Assembly (NCBI RefSeq): GCF_963921235.1
Contig: NC_086109.1
Location: 4,280,001-4,344,000, forward strand
Direction of reading: 5' to 3'
DNA: 64,000 bases
Source of the DNA: Mobula hypostoma
Taxonomy: Eukaryota
Shown: positions 39,216-50,985 of the stretch, one piece after another
Numbering within the stretch: the stretch's first letter is position 1
How the letters are laid out: each line of letters opens with the position of its first letter
Translations under genes and position numbers: made by a program
The notes under the pieces: generated by a model
The model's input: only the letters and a program-made list of their open reading frames with translations
The model's database searches: none
What the model was told of the DNA's origin: nothing

Positions 39216-39656
39216 CATGCTGAGTACATGGACGGGAGGGCTATGGTCCAGATCAGGTCAACGGGACTAGGCAAAGTAACAGTTCAGCATGGAGCAGCTG
39301 GGCTGAAGAGACTGTTTCTGTGCAGTGGCGCTCTATGACTGTGGCTCAATGGCGGAGGGGTGAGAGATGGGGGTAGGAGGGTGGTCAGAGTGGAGGATAG
39401 GGAGAGGACTCAAGTGGGTGGAGGGTGTAGGGGAGAGGTGGGGAGTAAATCAGAGGAATGTTAGGGGTCATTAATGAGGCACAGCTGGGTAGACAATCAG
39501 TGTAGGAGAAATCACAGCATGTCATTGTGGTAGGGAGTCGAAATCTGATTGTGAGAGGTGGATGAAGGTGATTTATTTATTGGTTTAGAGAAGTAGAGTG
39601 GAACAGGCCCTTCTGACCCAGACAGGCCGCATCATCGAGCAATCCACCTACATTTA

Positions 39657-41003
39657 TGTCATGGTCAAGTCCGTAAAGTCTGCATTCCGGTTTACGGTCC
39701 AGTCCGTCCATTCCTTATTCCGGGTTTTCCTGTTTTCCTTTGTTCCACTGGGTGCCTTAATTGAGGCACCTGATTCTCGTTTTGGGCTGGCATATAAATA
39801 CCTCTCAAACCAAGGATTCCCTGCTGGACTGTTTCCTTCTGCCTGCAACCTTGTCGGTATCCCTGTTGAGTTCAACTGCTGGAGTGAGACTGGAGCCTTG
39901 CCATGCCAAGAGAAGGAACTATCTATTGTTGAGTTTGGAACTGTCTCTTTTTGTCTCTGTATTTAGTGTCTGTGTTCTGTGTATGAGTCCTGGCCCTAGG
40001 TCCTGTTCCCAAAGAGGGGTCCTGACTCTGTGTAAAGCCCCAGCCCTAGGTCCTGTTCCCAAGGAGGGGTCCTGACTCTGTGTATGAGTCCTGGCCCTAG
40101 GTCCTGTTCCCAAGGAGGGGTCCTGACTCTGTGTAAAGCCCCAGCCCTAAGTCCTGTTTCCAAGGAGGGGTCCTGGCTCTGTGTAAAGCCCCAGCCCTAA
40201 GTCCTGTTCCCAAGGAGGGGTCCTGGCTCTGTATTCCAAGTTCCAGGTGCTGTGTTCCAGTCTTGTCCAAGTCAAGGCTTTGTGTTCTTGCCCAGCCCAC
40301 CTCGGCAAGTGACCTTGGCAGTCATCCTGGCCCTGTGTCCCAGAAAGGGTCCTGGCCCTGTGCTCCAAGGAGGAGTCCTGGCTCTGTACCCAAGAGCCTA
40401 ACCAAGCTGAGTCCAAGAGCCGAGCCAAACCTTGTCCAAGAGCCTCCTCCTGCCCTGGAGTACCTTGTCCAGTCCATGTCCAAAGCTCTGTGTTCCAAGA
40501 CCAAGTCCAGGTGTTGTGTTCCAGCCCTGTCCAGATCTGAGCTTCGTGTCCTCGTCTGGTTCCGGTGCCTTGCCCAGCCCGGCGCTGGAGATTCCTCGTC
40601 CTGTCCTGTAGCCACGTCCTGTCCTTGCCAAGATCCTAGTCCCCAGTCTTAGCCCAGACCTGGGTTCCAATTCCGAGTCAAGACCCAGGTTCCAGTTCCA
40701 AGTCAAGATCCAGGTTCCGAGTCCCAACCAAGACCCAGGTTCCGGGTCCTTGTCCAGGCCCTGGTTCTAGAGTTCTGTGTTCCCAGTCCAGGCTTCTCGT
40801 TCCTAGTTCCCTGTCCGGATCCCATGTCTCTAGTCCAAGTTCTAGCCCGGGCCCTGAATCCTAGTTTTGTCCAGGGCCTGTGTCAATGTCCAGCATCGTT
40901 TCTTCCTTACTCACCTTGCTATCTCGATAAACTTAGTCCTGTTCCTAGTACTTCAGTGTCTGTGTCTTGCAGTTGGGTCTGCTAACAATGCCCTCTTGTA
41001 ACA
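39657..41003 (+). mobile_element. Solo LTR (1347 bp), TG...CA, 5-bp TSD ATTTA
   Basis: ATTTA|TGTCAT...GTAACA|ATTTA. TATAAA lies at ~39794, and internal ~51-bp tandem repeats span 39975-40235. Confidence 0.85.
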
Positions 41004-41103
41004 ATTTAATACTAATGCCAGTCAGAGTGTATGGGAACCCGGGGCATTTATCAGCTCTGAGAATCATTAGGTATGCCAGCTTAATCATCGGCCCGCACAG
41101 ACC

Positions 41104-41233
41104 GCTGGAGGAGCTCAGCAGGTCAGGCAGCATCTGTGAAAACGAGTAAACAATTGACATCTTGATTCTCAGCCTAAAACGTCGACTGTGCTCGTTTCCA
41201 CAGACGCTGCCTGGCCTGCTGAGTTCCTCCAGC
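41104..41233. mobile_element. Fold-back of two inverted Penelope pLTR ends
   Basis: GCTGGAGGAGCTCAGCAGGTCAGGCAGCATCTGTG pairs with CACAGACGCTGCCTGGCCTGCTGAGTTCCTCCAGC. Confidence 0.8.
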
Positions 41234-41289
41234 ATTTTGTGTGTGTCTGCAAATTTTCTCGTGTTTGTTAATTCTACTCAGGTGGGTTT

Positions 41290-41552
41290 ATTTAGAGATA
41301 CAGAGTGGAATAGGCACTTCTGACCCCACAAGCTACGCCAGCCAGCAACTTAGCCCCGGCCAAACCACAGGATGATTAACCTACCAGCTGGCACGACTGT
41401 GGATCGTGGGAGGAAATCAGAGCGGCCAGGGGAAACCCCCCGCAGTCACGGGGAGAACGTACGAACTCCTCGCGGACCGTGCAGGAATTGAACTCCGAGC
41501 TCAGACAGCCAAAGCCGCAATAGCATTGTGCTAATCACTAGGCTACCATGGC
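41290..41552 (-). mobile_element. V-SINE
   Basis: Reverse V-domain GTGGGAGGAAA.CAGAGC..GTCACGGGGAGAACGTAC and reverse B-box-like GGAATTGAAC. Confidence 0.75.
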
Positions 41553-42244
41553 AACAATGAAAAGCGTTGACAGAAATGGCGGGACCGGACCGGATCCGCG
41601 GAGGAAACCTGGGCAAGAACCGCTGTTGAAGGAAGGAAGAAGGGGGTCATTACACTGAACCAGTCAGGTTGAGCCCCTAACACATGCTCTGGAGTTTACA
41701 AGGCACCTGAATAACTTAGGCATAAATTTGATTGCAGGCAAATTGCACTGAACAAGCAGTTCAGTTCACGGGTTGTCTTCCTGCAAGTGGCTACGACAAA
41801 AGAGCTAGAACACAGTAAACAAAGATCATAAAATCTGCTGGACATTTAGCAGAAGAGGAGAAACTGCTGAGATGATAGAGTAGACCTGCCTGTTTGAGTG
41901 TGGGAGGAGGAAGAGGAAAAGACTTTTCAATCTGAAATGGTAACTCTGTCCCTCTTCCCATGAATATGACCTCAGCCACTGACTGTTTCCAGCATTGTTT
42001 GTTGCTAGCCAAGGCACAGGCTTATGGAAACTTTTGGTAAAACAGAATTCATTAACACACCCAGATATGATCAGTTGTTTTCCACCCCAATCAGCTGGGA
42101 TTCAGTGGGAACAGTTTACTGCCATGTTAAATGTTCGAGCAGATGTTGCTTTACAAAGTATCACCACCCTCCCTCTTCAATGTTAATTCAACTAAACAAA
42201 CTGCCTTTTCTGCCTGGAACAAGTTATCTAGTACTGTGGTACAA

Positions 42245-42945
42245 ATCACAAAGGGACTTGGGAGTCCTTGTGCAGGATTCCCTAAAGGTTCATTTGCGGG
42301 TTGGGTTGGTGGTGAGGAAGGCCAATGTGATATTACCATTCATTTGAAGAGGACTAAAATATAAAAGCAAGGATGTAATGTTGAAATGTTATAAAGCACT
42401 GGTGAGGCCTCACCTGTACTACCGTGAGCAGCTTTGAGCCCCTTATCTTAGAAAGAATGCACTGACATTGGAGAGGGTTCAAAGGAAGTTCAAGAAAATG
42501 ATTCTGGGGTTGAACGACTTGTAATATGAAGAGCATATGATGGCTCTGGGCCTATATTCACTAGAATTCAGAAGAATGAGGGGTGACTTCATTGAAGTCT
42601 ATCGAATGTTGAAAGGCCTTGATAGAGTGGATGTGGAGAGGATGTTTCCTATGGTGGGAGAGTCTAAGACCGAGGACACAGCTTCAGAAGAGAGGGGCGC
42701 CCTTTTTGAATTTCTTTAGCCAGAGTGGTGAATCCGTGGAATTTGTTGCCACAGGCAGCTGTGGAGGCCAAGTTTTTAGGTATATTTAAGGCAGAATCGG
42801 ATAGATTCTTGATTGTTCAGGCCATGAAGGAATACAGGACGAAGGCAGGAGATTGGGGCTGAGAGGTAAACCGGATCAGCCATTTTGGATTGATGGAGCA
42901 GACTCGATGGGCCAAATGGCCTGATTCTGCTCCTATATCTTCTTA
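42245..42945 (+). mobile_element. CR1 3' fragment
   Basis: Translation QRDLGVLVQDSLKV..LGLYSLEFRRMRGD; tail TTCTGCTCCTATATCTT. Confidence 0.9.
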
Positions 42946-42959
42946 TCGAAAACTTTTTC

Positions 42960-43285
42960 AGAGTTATCCTGCTGATTCCCATAGTTTCCTCAACTATTCC
43001 TCTTCCCACCCTATCTCCCAGGAAAATGCTATTCCCTTTTTTCAGTTTCTTCACTTCCACCACATCTGTTTGCAGGATGCAGCTTTCCACTGAAGGACAA
43101 CAGAGATGTCCTTCTTTAAAGAATGGGGTTTCCCTCCCTCTATTATTGATGCTTCCCTCTCCCACACCTTTTCCATTTCCCCTGCATCTGCACTCACCCT
43201 ATCTTCCCACCATTGTAATAGTTAGAGAGTCCCTCTGGTCCTTACCTACCATCCCATCAGCCTGCACATCCTACACATTATCTCC
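42960..43285 (+). mobile_element. Penelope RT thumb/linker fragment
   Basis: Translation DSHSFLNYSSSHP...AIPFFQFL.F..IC resembles the Penelope YLxYxSSHP..IPYSQFLRLRRICS motif. Confidence 0.7.
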
Positions 43286-43339
43286 ACTTCTAGCCTTTCT
43301 CCTACTGTCCACTCTTCTCTTCTATCAGATTTGCTCTCC

Positions 43340-43582
43340 ACATCAGTTCCACCGTGGATGGTCCCAAGCTTGGCTGAAAGGAGGAGGGTTGGGTATGCAG
43401 TTACTAACCCCATCCTGTTTAGAAAAATACCTGAGCTACAAAATCAGCAAAGACCTCATCCCCGGGAGAAGAAGGATCTTTGAAGATAGGCTACCAGTTG
43501 AAAGACTGGTGGTGGACAGAGGACTCTGGTGAGCTGCTGTTGACGGCCCATGCCCCAGTGGGAGTGATGGGCGTAAGAAGAA
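43340..43582 (+). mobile_element. Short RTE-derived non-autonomous element
   Basis: RTE-like 5' motif GGATGGTCCCAAGC..AAGGAGGAGGGTTGGG, joined to a 3' end GCTGCTGTTG.CGGCC.ATGCCCCA and a TAAGAAGAA tail. Confidence 0.55.
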
Positions 43583-44048
43583 CCTCTCCTCATCATCTCA
43601 GTCCTGAATGGCCAATCCCTTACCGTGAGACAGTGATCCTTGATCCCAGATCCCAAATTCGTCAGACAGGAGGAGCTTCCAGAGCTGAGGACCAGTCACC
43701 GATGCCAAAGCCATTAAATTCACAAATAAAGCAGCACAAAGCAATCTTTGCTCTGCATGCAGCCTTCGGTACGCCCACCCTGGAGTCGAGACCTTCAGAG
43801 TTCTGACCAATGCTCCTCGCTCAAAAGGCCAGCACTGTGGGCAGGGGGACGATGGACATCTGCGGTTGTTGGCCTGTCCCAGGTCAGTGCATGTCCGTGC
43901 ACGCAGGAGGCAGTAGGAGGCTTGAAGGCCAGTCAGTCAGCACACTTAAAATTCCAACCGCACGGTCCCATTATCGGCCAGTCTGGGGCTCAGTAACGAA
44001 GATCAGAGCCCAGAGTCAGTCGGAAGTCAGGAAATCAAAGCCAGCTGG

Positions 44049-44185
44049 CTGGGAGACTGGAGGCCTGGAGACCTGGAGACTGGAGGCCTAGAGGCCTGGA
44101 TACTGGAGACTGAAGGCCTGGAGACTGGAGGCCTGGAGACTGAAGGCCTAGAGGCCTGGAGACTGAAGGTCTAGAGGCTTGGAGA
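44049..44185. repeat. Short minisatellite of CTGGAGA/CTGGAGGC units
   Basis: Directly visible in the sequence. Confidence 0.85.
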
Positions 44186-44270
44186 CATGAAGCAGGGCTT
44201 ATTTTGCTGTTGTTGTTATGATGCTTGTGTGTTTTGTGTTGTTCTGCTAAGCATTGTCAGCTTGTTATGC

Positions 44271-44942
44271 CAGATATCCCACCTCTCCCGGAACTTCCGG
44301 GAGTCTCCCGCATATTAATAGTGGCTCCCTGATGCCCGCAAATTATATACAATATCACGGAAATCAATTTTTTTGAGAGCAAGCGAGAGAAAAGCAAGAG
44401 AGAGCGCGAGAGCGACCACGAGAGAGAGCGCGAGCGAGAGCGAAGGCAAGCGAGCGTGCGAGCGAGTGAGAGCGAGAGAGGGAGAGAGAGCAAAAAAGCG
44501 AGAGAGCGAGTGAGTGAGAAAGCAAGACAGAACGAGAGAGAAAGCAAGCGAGAGCACTTGAGAGTGCGTGAGCGACCACGAGAGAGAGAGCGCGAGAGCG
44601 TGCCATGGCAGAGTGTTCCAAAAAATATAAAACGTACGTCACTCCAGACTACACTAAAGTGTACCCCTGCCTAATAGGGGTGAAAAATAATGACAGTGTT
44701 GCTCGCTGCACTGTTTGCAACAGTGACTTTTCTATTGCCCGTGGTGGCTTAAGACTGTAAAAGACATGTTGAGGTGAGTTTAACAGGTGTTATTCGTTCA
44801 TTAGCATAGCTAACGTTATTTAAACTAGCTGGCTAGCTGCTAAGGAGCTACTCTATTGCAGACATCCCACCTCTCCCGGAAGTCTCCCGCAAATTGATGG
44901 TGCTACCTCCCTGAAATGAGCTTTTGCAGGGTGGGATGTCTG
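44271..44942 (+). mobile_element. Non-autonomous DNA transposon, 13-bp TIR CAGAYATCCCACC, 6-bp TSD TTATGC (hAT6-like), with transposase exon-1 remnant
   Basis: TTATGC|CAGATATCCCACC...GGTGGGATGTCTG|TTATGC. ATG at 44605 leads into ..ARCTVCNSDFSIARGG..CKRHVE, then donor GTGAGT at 44774. Confidence 0.88.
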
Positions 44943-45363
44943 TTATGCTGGTGCTGAAGTTTATGGTGACAAACTCGTGGGCTGTCCCCACCACATCCTT
45001 GGGCGGTGTTAGTTGTTATTGTATTTTTGGAAGTACATGTGTTACGTATATCTGAATCTGAGGGTGGTATAATGGGTAATTTCACAATGTCATGGGAGAC
45101 TCGTCAGGGAATCAGATTCCCCTATTTATTTTTTTATGCTTTTTTAATTGTGCTTATCATGTTTTTTGTTCAGTCTGCTTCACACTTGTGTACTGGAGAA
45201 GAACAATAAGCAACTTGAATCTTGAATACTCTAGCAATCTTCTTAAAGTTGTGAACCCTCCTCGTAGGTCACACCTTCAACGCCTGGATAACAGCACTTG
45301 CCGCAGGCTCAGCTTTGGAGAATTCTGTTCAGTAACACCCATCCCTCTCGCTGTTTATTACAG

Positions 45364-45457
45364 AGGACTGTTCGGCTCCACCGCACATCAGCAATGCAGT
45401 TGTGTTCTATGAGGCCACTACCAAGGACAGCAGCGCCCGATATACTTGCAATCCAGG
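45364..45457 (+). CDS. Exon: N-terminal half of a sushi/CCP domain, (E)DCSAPPHISNAVVFYEATTKDSSARYTCNP(G)
   Basis: Acceptor CTGTTTATTACAG| and donor GG|GTAAGC; 94 bp, phase 1 to 2; C..PP.I.N...Y.C..G pattern. Confidence 0.9.
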
Positions 45458-46683
45458 GTAAGCACCCAACACAATGGACACTGCCCACATAGGAGACAGC
45501 TGACAGTGTGGGGGGGGGGGTGGGGGTTGCAGCGGCCACTGACCCAGAGGGGGAGGCTGGTCCAAGCCCCAAGGAAGAGGGTCTAGCCTGACCCCTGGGG
45601 GGTGGGGGGGAATAGGGTTGAAATGCGAGGGAGGATAGAGCTTATCAGTTCCCAGGGCACGACTGGAGTTTTACCACGGGGAAGGAGCCGGTCTGACCCA
45701 GTGGTAGGGGCTAGGGTCTGAACCTGGCGATTGTCTGGCTCCGGGAGGAAAAGTCTGGAGTCTGTCCCCTGAGGGAGGAGTGAGTCTGACCCAAGGGCAG
45801 GACTGGAGTCTAACACCAGGGGCAGGGCTGTTGTGACCCCCCCCGGGGGGGAGAGACTGGGGTCAAAGTTCTAACTGAGCTCACCTGTCCCAGAGCACAC
45901 CCTGGGGAACCTCCTTTGCACCCTCCCCAGTGTATTTGCCGCCTCCCTCCCCTGTGGCCCTTCTCACAGTGTGGGCTGACTCGCATTTTATACCTTCCCA
46001 CACCTTGAACTCTGTGCCATGAGTGATGGGAGTGATCCTGGGGGAGGTGGGGGTAAAGTTGGAGCCTAGAGGAGGGGTGAAATAGCTTGACTGAAGGAGT
46101 GAGCAGAGGATGGAGGCAGTGTGGCGTGGCGTCCATTCTCAGTTGGGGGCTGGCCTCTCCCATCGGTGGAATGACAGGCTGGATTGCCGGGAACTGTCCC
46201 ATCGATTAGTGGGACATGTCACTCTGGGTATTGCACTATACGTAGCTTCTCTTGTGTAACAATGTCTGATTTTTCTCCCTCATTGTGCACCTCGGCCCCA
46301 GAGGAACACTGTCTCGTTTGACTGTACCCATGTATGGTTGGAGGATAATTAGACTTGATTTGAATGCAGGGGCTGGTTGGAGGTTTTGTGCAGGGAACAT
46401 TAAGACACAGATGTGACATAGTCTTGAGGAGGTAACTGTGACACGATGAAGGCAGGGCAGTTCACAGGGTTTACATGGACTTCAGTACGGATTCTGACAG
46501 GGTCCCATACATCAGGCTGGTTCAGAGACTTAAAGCCCAGGGGGTCGCAGGCATGTTGGCAAACTGGTTCCCAAGCAGAGATGCAAGGGACTGCAGATGC
46601 TCAAATCTGGAATGTGAATCTCAGGGTTGTATACTGCAAATATACTTCAATAATCAATGCACTTTGAACTTTGAACTTTGAAA

Positions 46684-46813
46684 TGCTGGAGGAATTCAGC
46701 GGCCAGGCAGCATCTGTGGAGAAAAATGCATGATCCCGATGAAGAGACTTGACCTGATCAACTTGGCCAATTCCTTCCGCAGATGCTGCCTGACTCACTG
46801 AGTTCATCCAGCA
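46684..46813. mobile_element. Second fold-back of inverted Penelope pLTR ends
   Basis: TGCTGGAGGAATTCAGCGGCCAGGCAGCATCTGTGGA pairs with TCCGCAGATGCTGCCTGACTCACTGAGTTCATCCAGCA. Confidence 0.75.
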
Positions 46814-47334
46814 TCTTGCATGTTGCTGCTCATCGAAGATTCAGGGTTCTACGTTCAAAGTACATTTATTATCAAAGTATGTATATATTATACAACCTTG
46901 AGATTCATCCCCTTACAAGTGGCCACAAAACAGACAAACCCAATAGAACCCATTTAAAAAAAAAAGACCATCAAACAGAGAAAAAAAATCGTTCAATCAG
47001 TTAAAGTCAGAAAACTGCATTCAGAACTGGAGTTTAACAAAAGACATGAAGCCAGCCATCACTACAGATGGAGCAGACCACAGCCTCAGTTCATTGCAGA
47101 GGTGATTAAACATCACAGGACAACAGACGAGAAGCAGGCATCACTGCAGCCGAAGATAGGGGTCAGATGGTAATGGTAGAGAGGTAAATTATAGACACAA
47201 GAAATTCTGCAGATGTGTCTGTTGTGGTGGTGGTGGGGGAGTGTTTTTCTGACTGTAAACAGTGGGATATTGCAGGGCCTGTTGCTAGTACTATTGTTTG
47301 TTTTATATATAAATAAATGATTTGGATGAGAATC

Positions 47335-47680
47335 TCAAACACAAGAAAATCTGTAGCTGCTGGAAATCGAAGGCAACACACACAGAATGCTGGAGGAACT
47401 CAGCAGGTCAGGCAGCATCTATGGAAAACAGTAAGCAGTCGATGTATTGGGCTGAGATCCTTCATCAGGACTGGAAAGAAAGAGAAGTCGGAGTGAGAAG
47501 GTGGAGGGGAGGGGAGGAAGAGTTACAAATTGGTCGATGATAGGTGAAACCAGCAGAGGGGGAGGGAGGGAGGTAAAGAGCTGGGAAGCTGCTTGGTGAA
47601 AGAAATAAAGAGTTGGAGAAAGGTAACCCTATTAGGAGAGGACAGAATGCGATGGGAGGAAAGGAAAGGGGAGGATGTGG
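47335..47680 (-). mobile_element. Penelope pLTR with degenerate hammerhead (47436-47473)
   Basis: Reverse complement cagtc-CTGATGA-aggatctcagccc-aatacatc-gactg. Confidence 0.75.
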
Positions 47681-48589
47681 GTTTACCGACGACATCAGGA
47701 TTAGTTACAAAGTGATACAGAGGGACATGAATCAGTGGGAAAGTTGGGTGAAGTGCTGACAGTGGAATTTAATACTGATGAGCATGGGGTTATCTATTTT
47801 GGGAAATCAAATGCTGACAGGACATTTATAGTAAATATCAGAAGCCTGGGCATTGACAAGTGCGCGTGGTCAGCAACAGGCAGGGCCGTTAGAAGCACTG
47901 ATGTACAGAGAGACCTGGGGTCCAAGCTCACAGCTTTCTGCAAGTGGTGACCCAAGATGGCCGTGGATATCTTCACTCAGCAAAACTCTGAACTGATTCC
48001 TTAACCTACAGACTCATTTGCAAGGGCTCTACAACTCGTGTTCTCAGTATTGTTTGTTCACTTATTTGCAAAATTTGCCTTGTTTGTTCATGTATATTTT
48101 TCATAAATTCTATTGTATTTCTTTATTTTCCTGTAAATGCCTTCAAGAAAGTAAATCTCAGGGTAATTCATGACAACAATAAATTTACTTTGACGTTGAC
48201 AGGGTAGTGAAGCAGCTGTCCCATACATTTGCCTTCAGTACAGTACATTGAGTATAAGAGGTGTGATGGCCTGTTGCAGCTGGACTTGCCATTGGTTAGA
48301 CTCCATTTGAAGTTCTGTGTCTGCAATACATATCAATCACAAAACCTAGAGAAACACAGTCTGCTGAGGGCCAGATCACTTTCATGGACTCTACAACTCA
48401 TCTTCCCAATATTTATTGCTTGTCAATTATTATCATTGTTATTTTGTTTTCTTTTTCATTTTGTGTTTGCATGAGTTGTTATCTTTTCCGCATTGTTTGT
48501 CACGTGGCTTTTGCTGTGTACAGTTTTTCATTGATTCTGTTATATTCCTTTGGACTTACTGTGAATGCCTGCAAGAAAGCGTACCTCAA

Positions 48590-48835
48590 GGCAGCCCGGT
48601 AGCATCATGGTGAGCACGGCGCTTTACGGCGCCAGCGACTCAGGTTCAATTCCCGCCGCTGCCTGTAAGGAGTTTGTACGTTCTCTCCGTGACCGTTTGG
48701 GTTTCATCCGGGTTAACTGGTCATTGTAAATTTCCCTGTGGTTAGGCTAGGGTTAAACTGGGGGTTGCTGGACAGTACAGCTCGAAAAGCCAGGCAGATC
48801 TACTCCCCACTGTCTCTCAATAAACAAGCAGATAG
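48590..48835 (+). mobile_element. V-SINE with Pol III A/B boxes
   Basis: A-box-like GGTAGCATCATGG, B box GGTTCAATTCC, V-domain, and (AAAT)n tail. Confidence 0.8.
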
Positions 48836-49219
48836 ATAAATAAATGCATAAATAAATAGATAAATAAGATGCTTAAATAAATACTTTAATAATGAATGTG
48901 ATTTGCACAAAATGCAGGTGGTATGTTTGTGGACAGCACAGAAATTGGTTGAGTTGCAGATAGCAAGAAGGTTGTCAGGGATAGGATAGGAGGTAGACCA
49001 AATGGAAATGTAGGTTAAGACATGATAGCTGGAATTTAATCCAGACAACTGTGAGGTGCTGCACTTTGGGAGGTCAAGTGTTAGAGAGAAGCACACAGTG
49101 CAGGACCCTCAGCGGTGTCGATGAGCAGGAGGATCTTGGGGTGTGAGGCTCAGAGCTCCTGGGATGTGCCAAAACAAGTAGATAGGGTGGTAGAGAAGGT
49201 GTTCGACTGCCCTAGGCAT

Positions 49220-49770
49220 TAGTGAGACCTGTGGTACATTGGGGGACCACTTCATCAGGCTTTCATCGCCGCAAGCAGAAATTCCTGGTGGCCAAACATT
49301 TTAACCCCCATTTCCATTCCCAATCCGATGTGTGCCATGATGAGGTCACCCTCGGGGTGGAGGAGCAACACCTTGTATTCCATCTGCAACCTGCTGATAT
49401 GAATATCAATTTCTCCTTCCAGTAAACAAATTATTTCTCCCCCTCTATTCCCCACACTGACCTTTTACCTCTTCTCACCAGCCTATTACTTCCCCCTGGG
49501 TCCCCTCCTCCTTCTCATTCTCCTGCGGTCCACTCTCCTCTCCTATCAGATTGTTTCTCCTCCAGCCCTGTATCTTTCCCACCCACCTGGCTATACATAT
49601 CACCTTCCAGCTTTCCTCCTTCCCCTCTCCCCACCTTCCCCTCTCCCCACCTTTTCATTCTAGCACCTTTCCCCTTCCTTTGCAGTACTGAAGAAGGGTC
49701 TCGGCCCGAAATGTCAACTGTCTGTACGTTTCCATAGATGCTGCCTGACCTGCTGAATTTTATGTGTGTG
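49220..49770 (+). mobile_element. Penelope GIY-YIG remnant + pLTR with hammerhead motif (49683-49720)
   Basis: Translation LVAKHFN..EEQHLVFHLQP; cagta-CTGAAGA-agggtctcggccc-GAAAT-GTC-aactg. Confidence 0.8.
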
Positions 49771-49824
49771 GCTTTGTTCAACATGCTTGCCCTGATACAC
49801 CAAGGCTTTGGTTGTAAAATAGTA

Positions 49825-50985
49825 TTGTACTCACTGGAATTTAGAAGAATGATGAGGGAACTCATTGAAACTTATCAAATATTGAAAGGCCTCGTTAGAG
49901 TGGATGTGGAGAAGATGTTTCTTATGGTGGGGGAACCTAAGACCAGAGGGCACAGTCTCGAAATAGAGGGGAAGATGGAGGTGAGGAGGAATTTCTTTAG
50001 CCAGAGAGTGGTGAAATAGTGGAATCTGTTGCTACAGGCGGCTGTGGAGGCCAAGTCATTGGGTATGCTTAAGCAGAGGTTGAGTTCCTCCATTGCTCCA
50101 GATTCCAGCACATGTAGTTTCTGGTGTCTCTGAAGGAAATCCTACTGTTTTAAACTCTGTTGGAAAGTTTATATGGTATTCTCCAATTGGCCCACATCTT
50201 TGACTCCATACTTATTGCTATTCTTTAAAATTTGAAATTGGCAGGATGAGCCGAAGTTCTGTAAATGAATTGTAGATTCTCAGAAATTAACTGTTATCAA
50301 AAAGGCAACATCTCTTTGTTTGTCATCTGTACCAATGATCTAAAAGATAATGTGGTTAACTGGATTAGTAAATTTGTGGATGACAGCAAGGCTGGGGCAG
50401 TAGTGGACAGCCAGGAAGACTATTAAAGTTTGCAGCAGGATCTGGACCAGCTGGTAAAAAATGGGCTGAAAAATGGCAGGTGGAATCTAGTGCAGATGAA
50501 TGTGAGGAGGACAAGCCAGGATAGGACTTACACAGTGAACAGTAGGGCATTGAGGAATGCAGTAAAACAGAGGGATCTGGGAATACAGGTCCATAATTCA
50601 ATGAAAGTGGCATCACAGGTAGACAAGGTCGTAGAGAGAGCTTTTAGCACATTGGCCTTCACAAATCAGAGCGGGATGTTATGCTGAAGTTGTATAAGCT
50701 GTCGGTAAGGCTAAATTTGGAATATTGAGTGCAGTTCTGGTTACCTATCTAGAGGAAAGATATCAATAGGATTGAAAGAGAACATTTACAAGGATGATGT
50801 CTGGACGAGCACCTGAATTACAGGGAACTGTTGAGAAGGTTTGGACTTTATTCCCTGGAGCATAGGGGAATGAAGAGAGATCTTATAGAGATATTCAAAA
50901 TTATGAGGGATATAGAGTAGGCGAATGATTGCAGGCTTTTTCCCTTCAGGTTGAGTGAGACTAGAGCTAGAGGTCATAGGTTTAA
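49825..50985 (+). mobile_element. CR1 fragments (49825-50085 and 50345-50985)
   Basis: Translation LYSLEFRRM..KTRGHSL..NFFSQRVV, WISKFVDD and QRDLGIQVH.SMKVASQVD. Confidence 0.8.

Noticed and set aside
37070..42040. Additional phase-1 exons after AG sites near 37071, 37307, 41737 and 42008
   Set aside because: They have in-frame stops, weak donors or the wrong exit phase, and no CCP pattern.
44263..44948. 8-bp TSD (TGTTATGC) for the DNA element
   Set aside because: The extra TG belongs to the right TIR, and the second copy shows an unambiguous 6-bp TSD.
48590..48660. tRNA gene
   Set aside because: The A/B boxes run directly into the V-domain and tail, so this is a SINE head.
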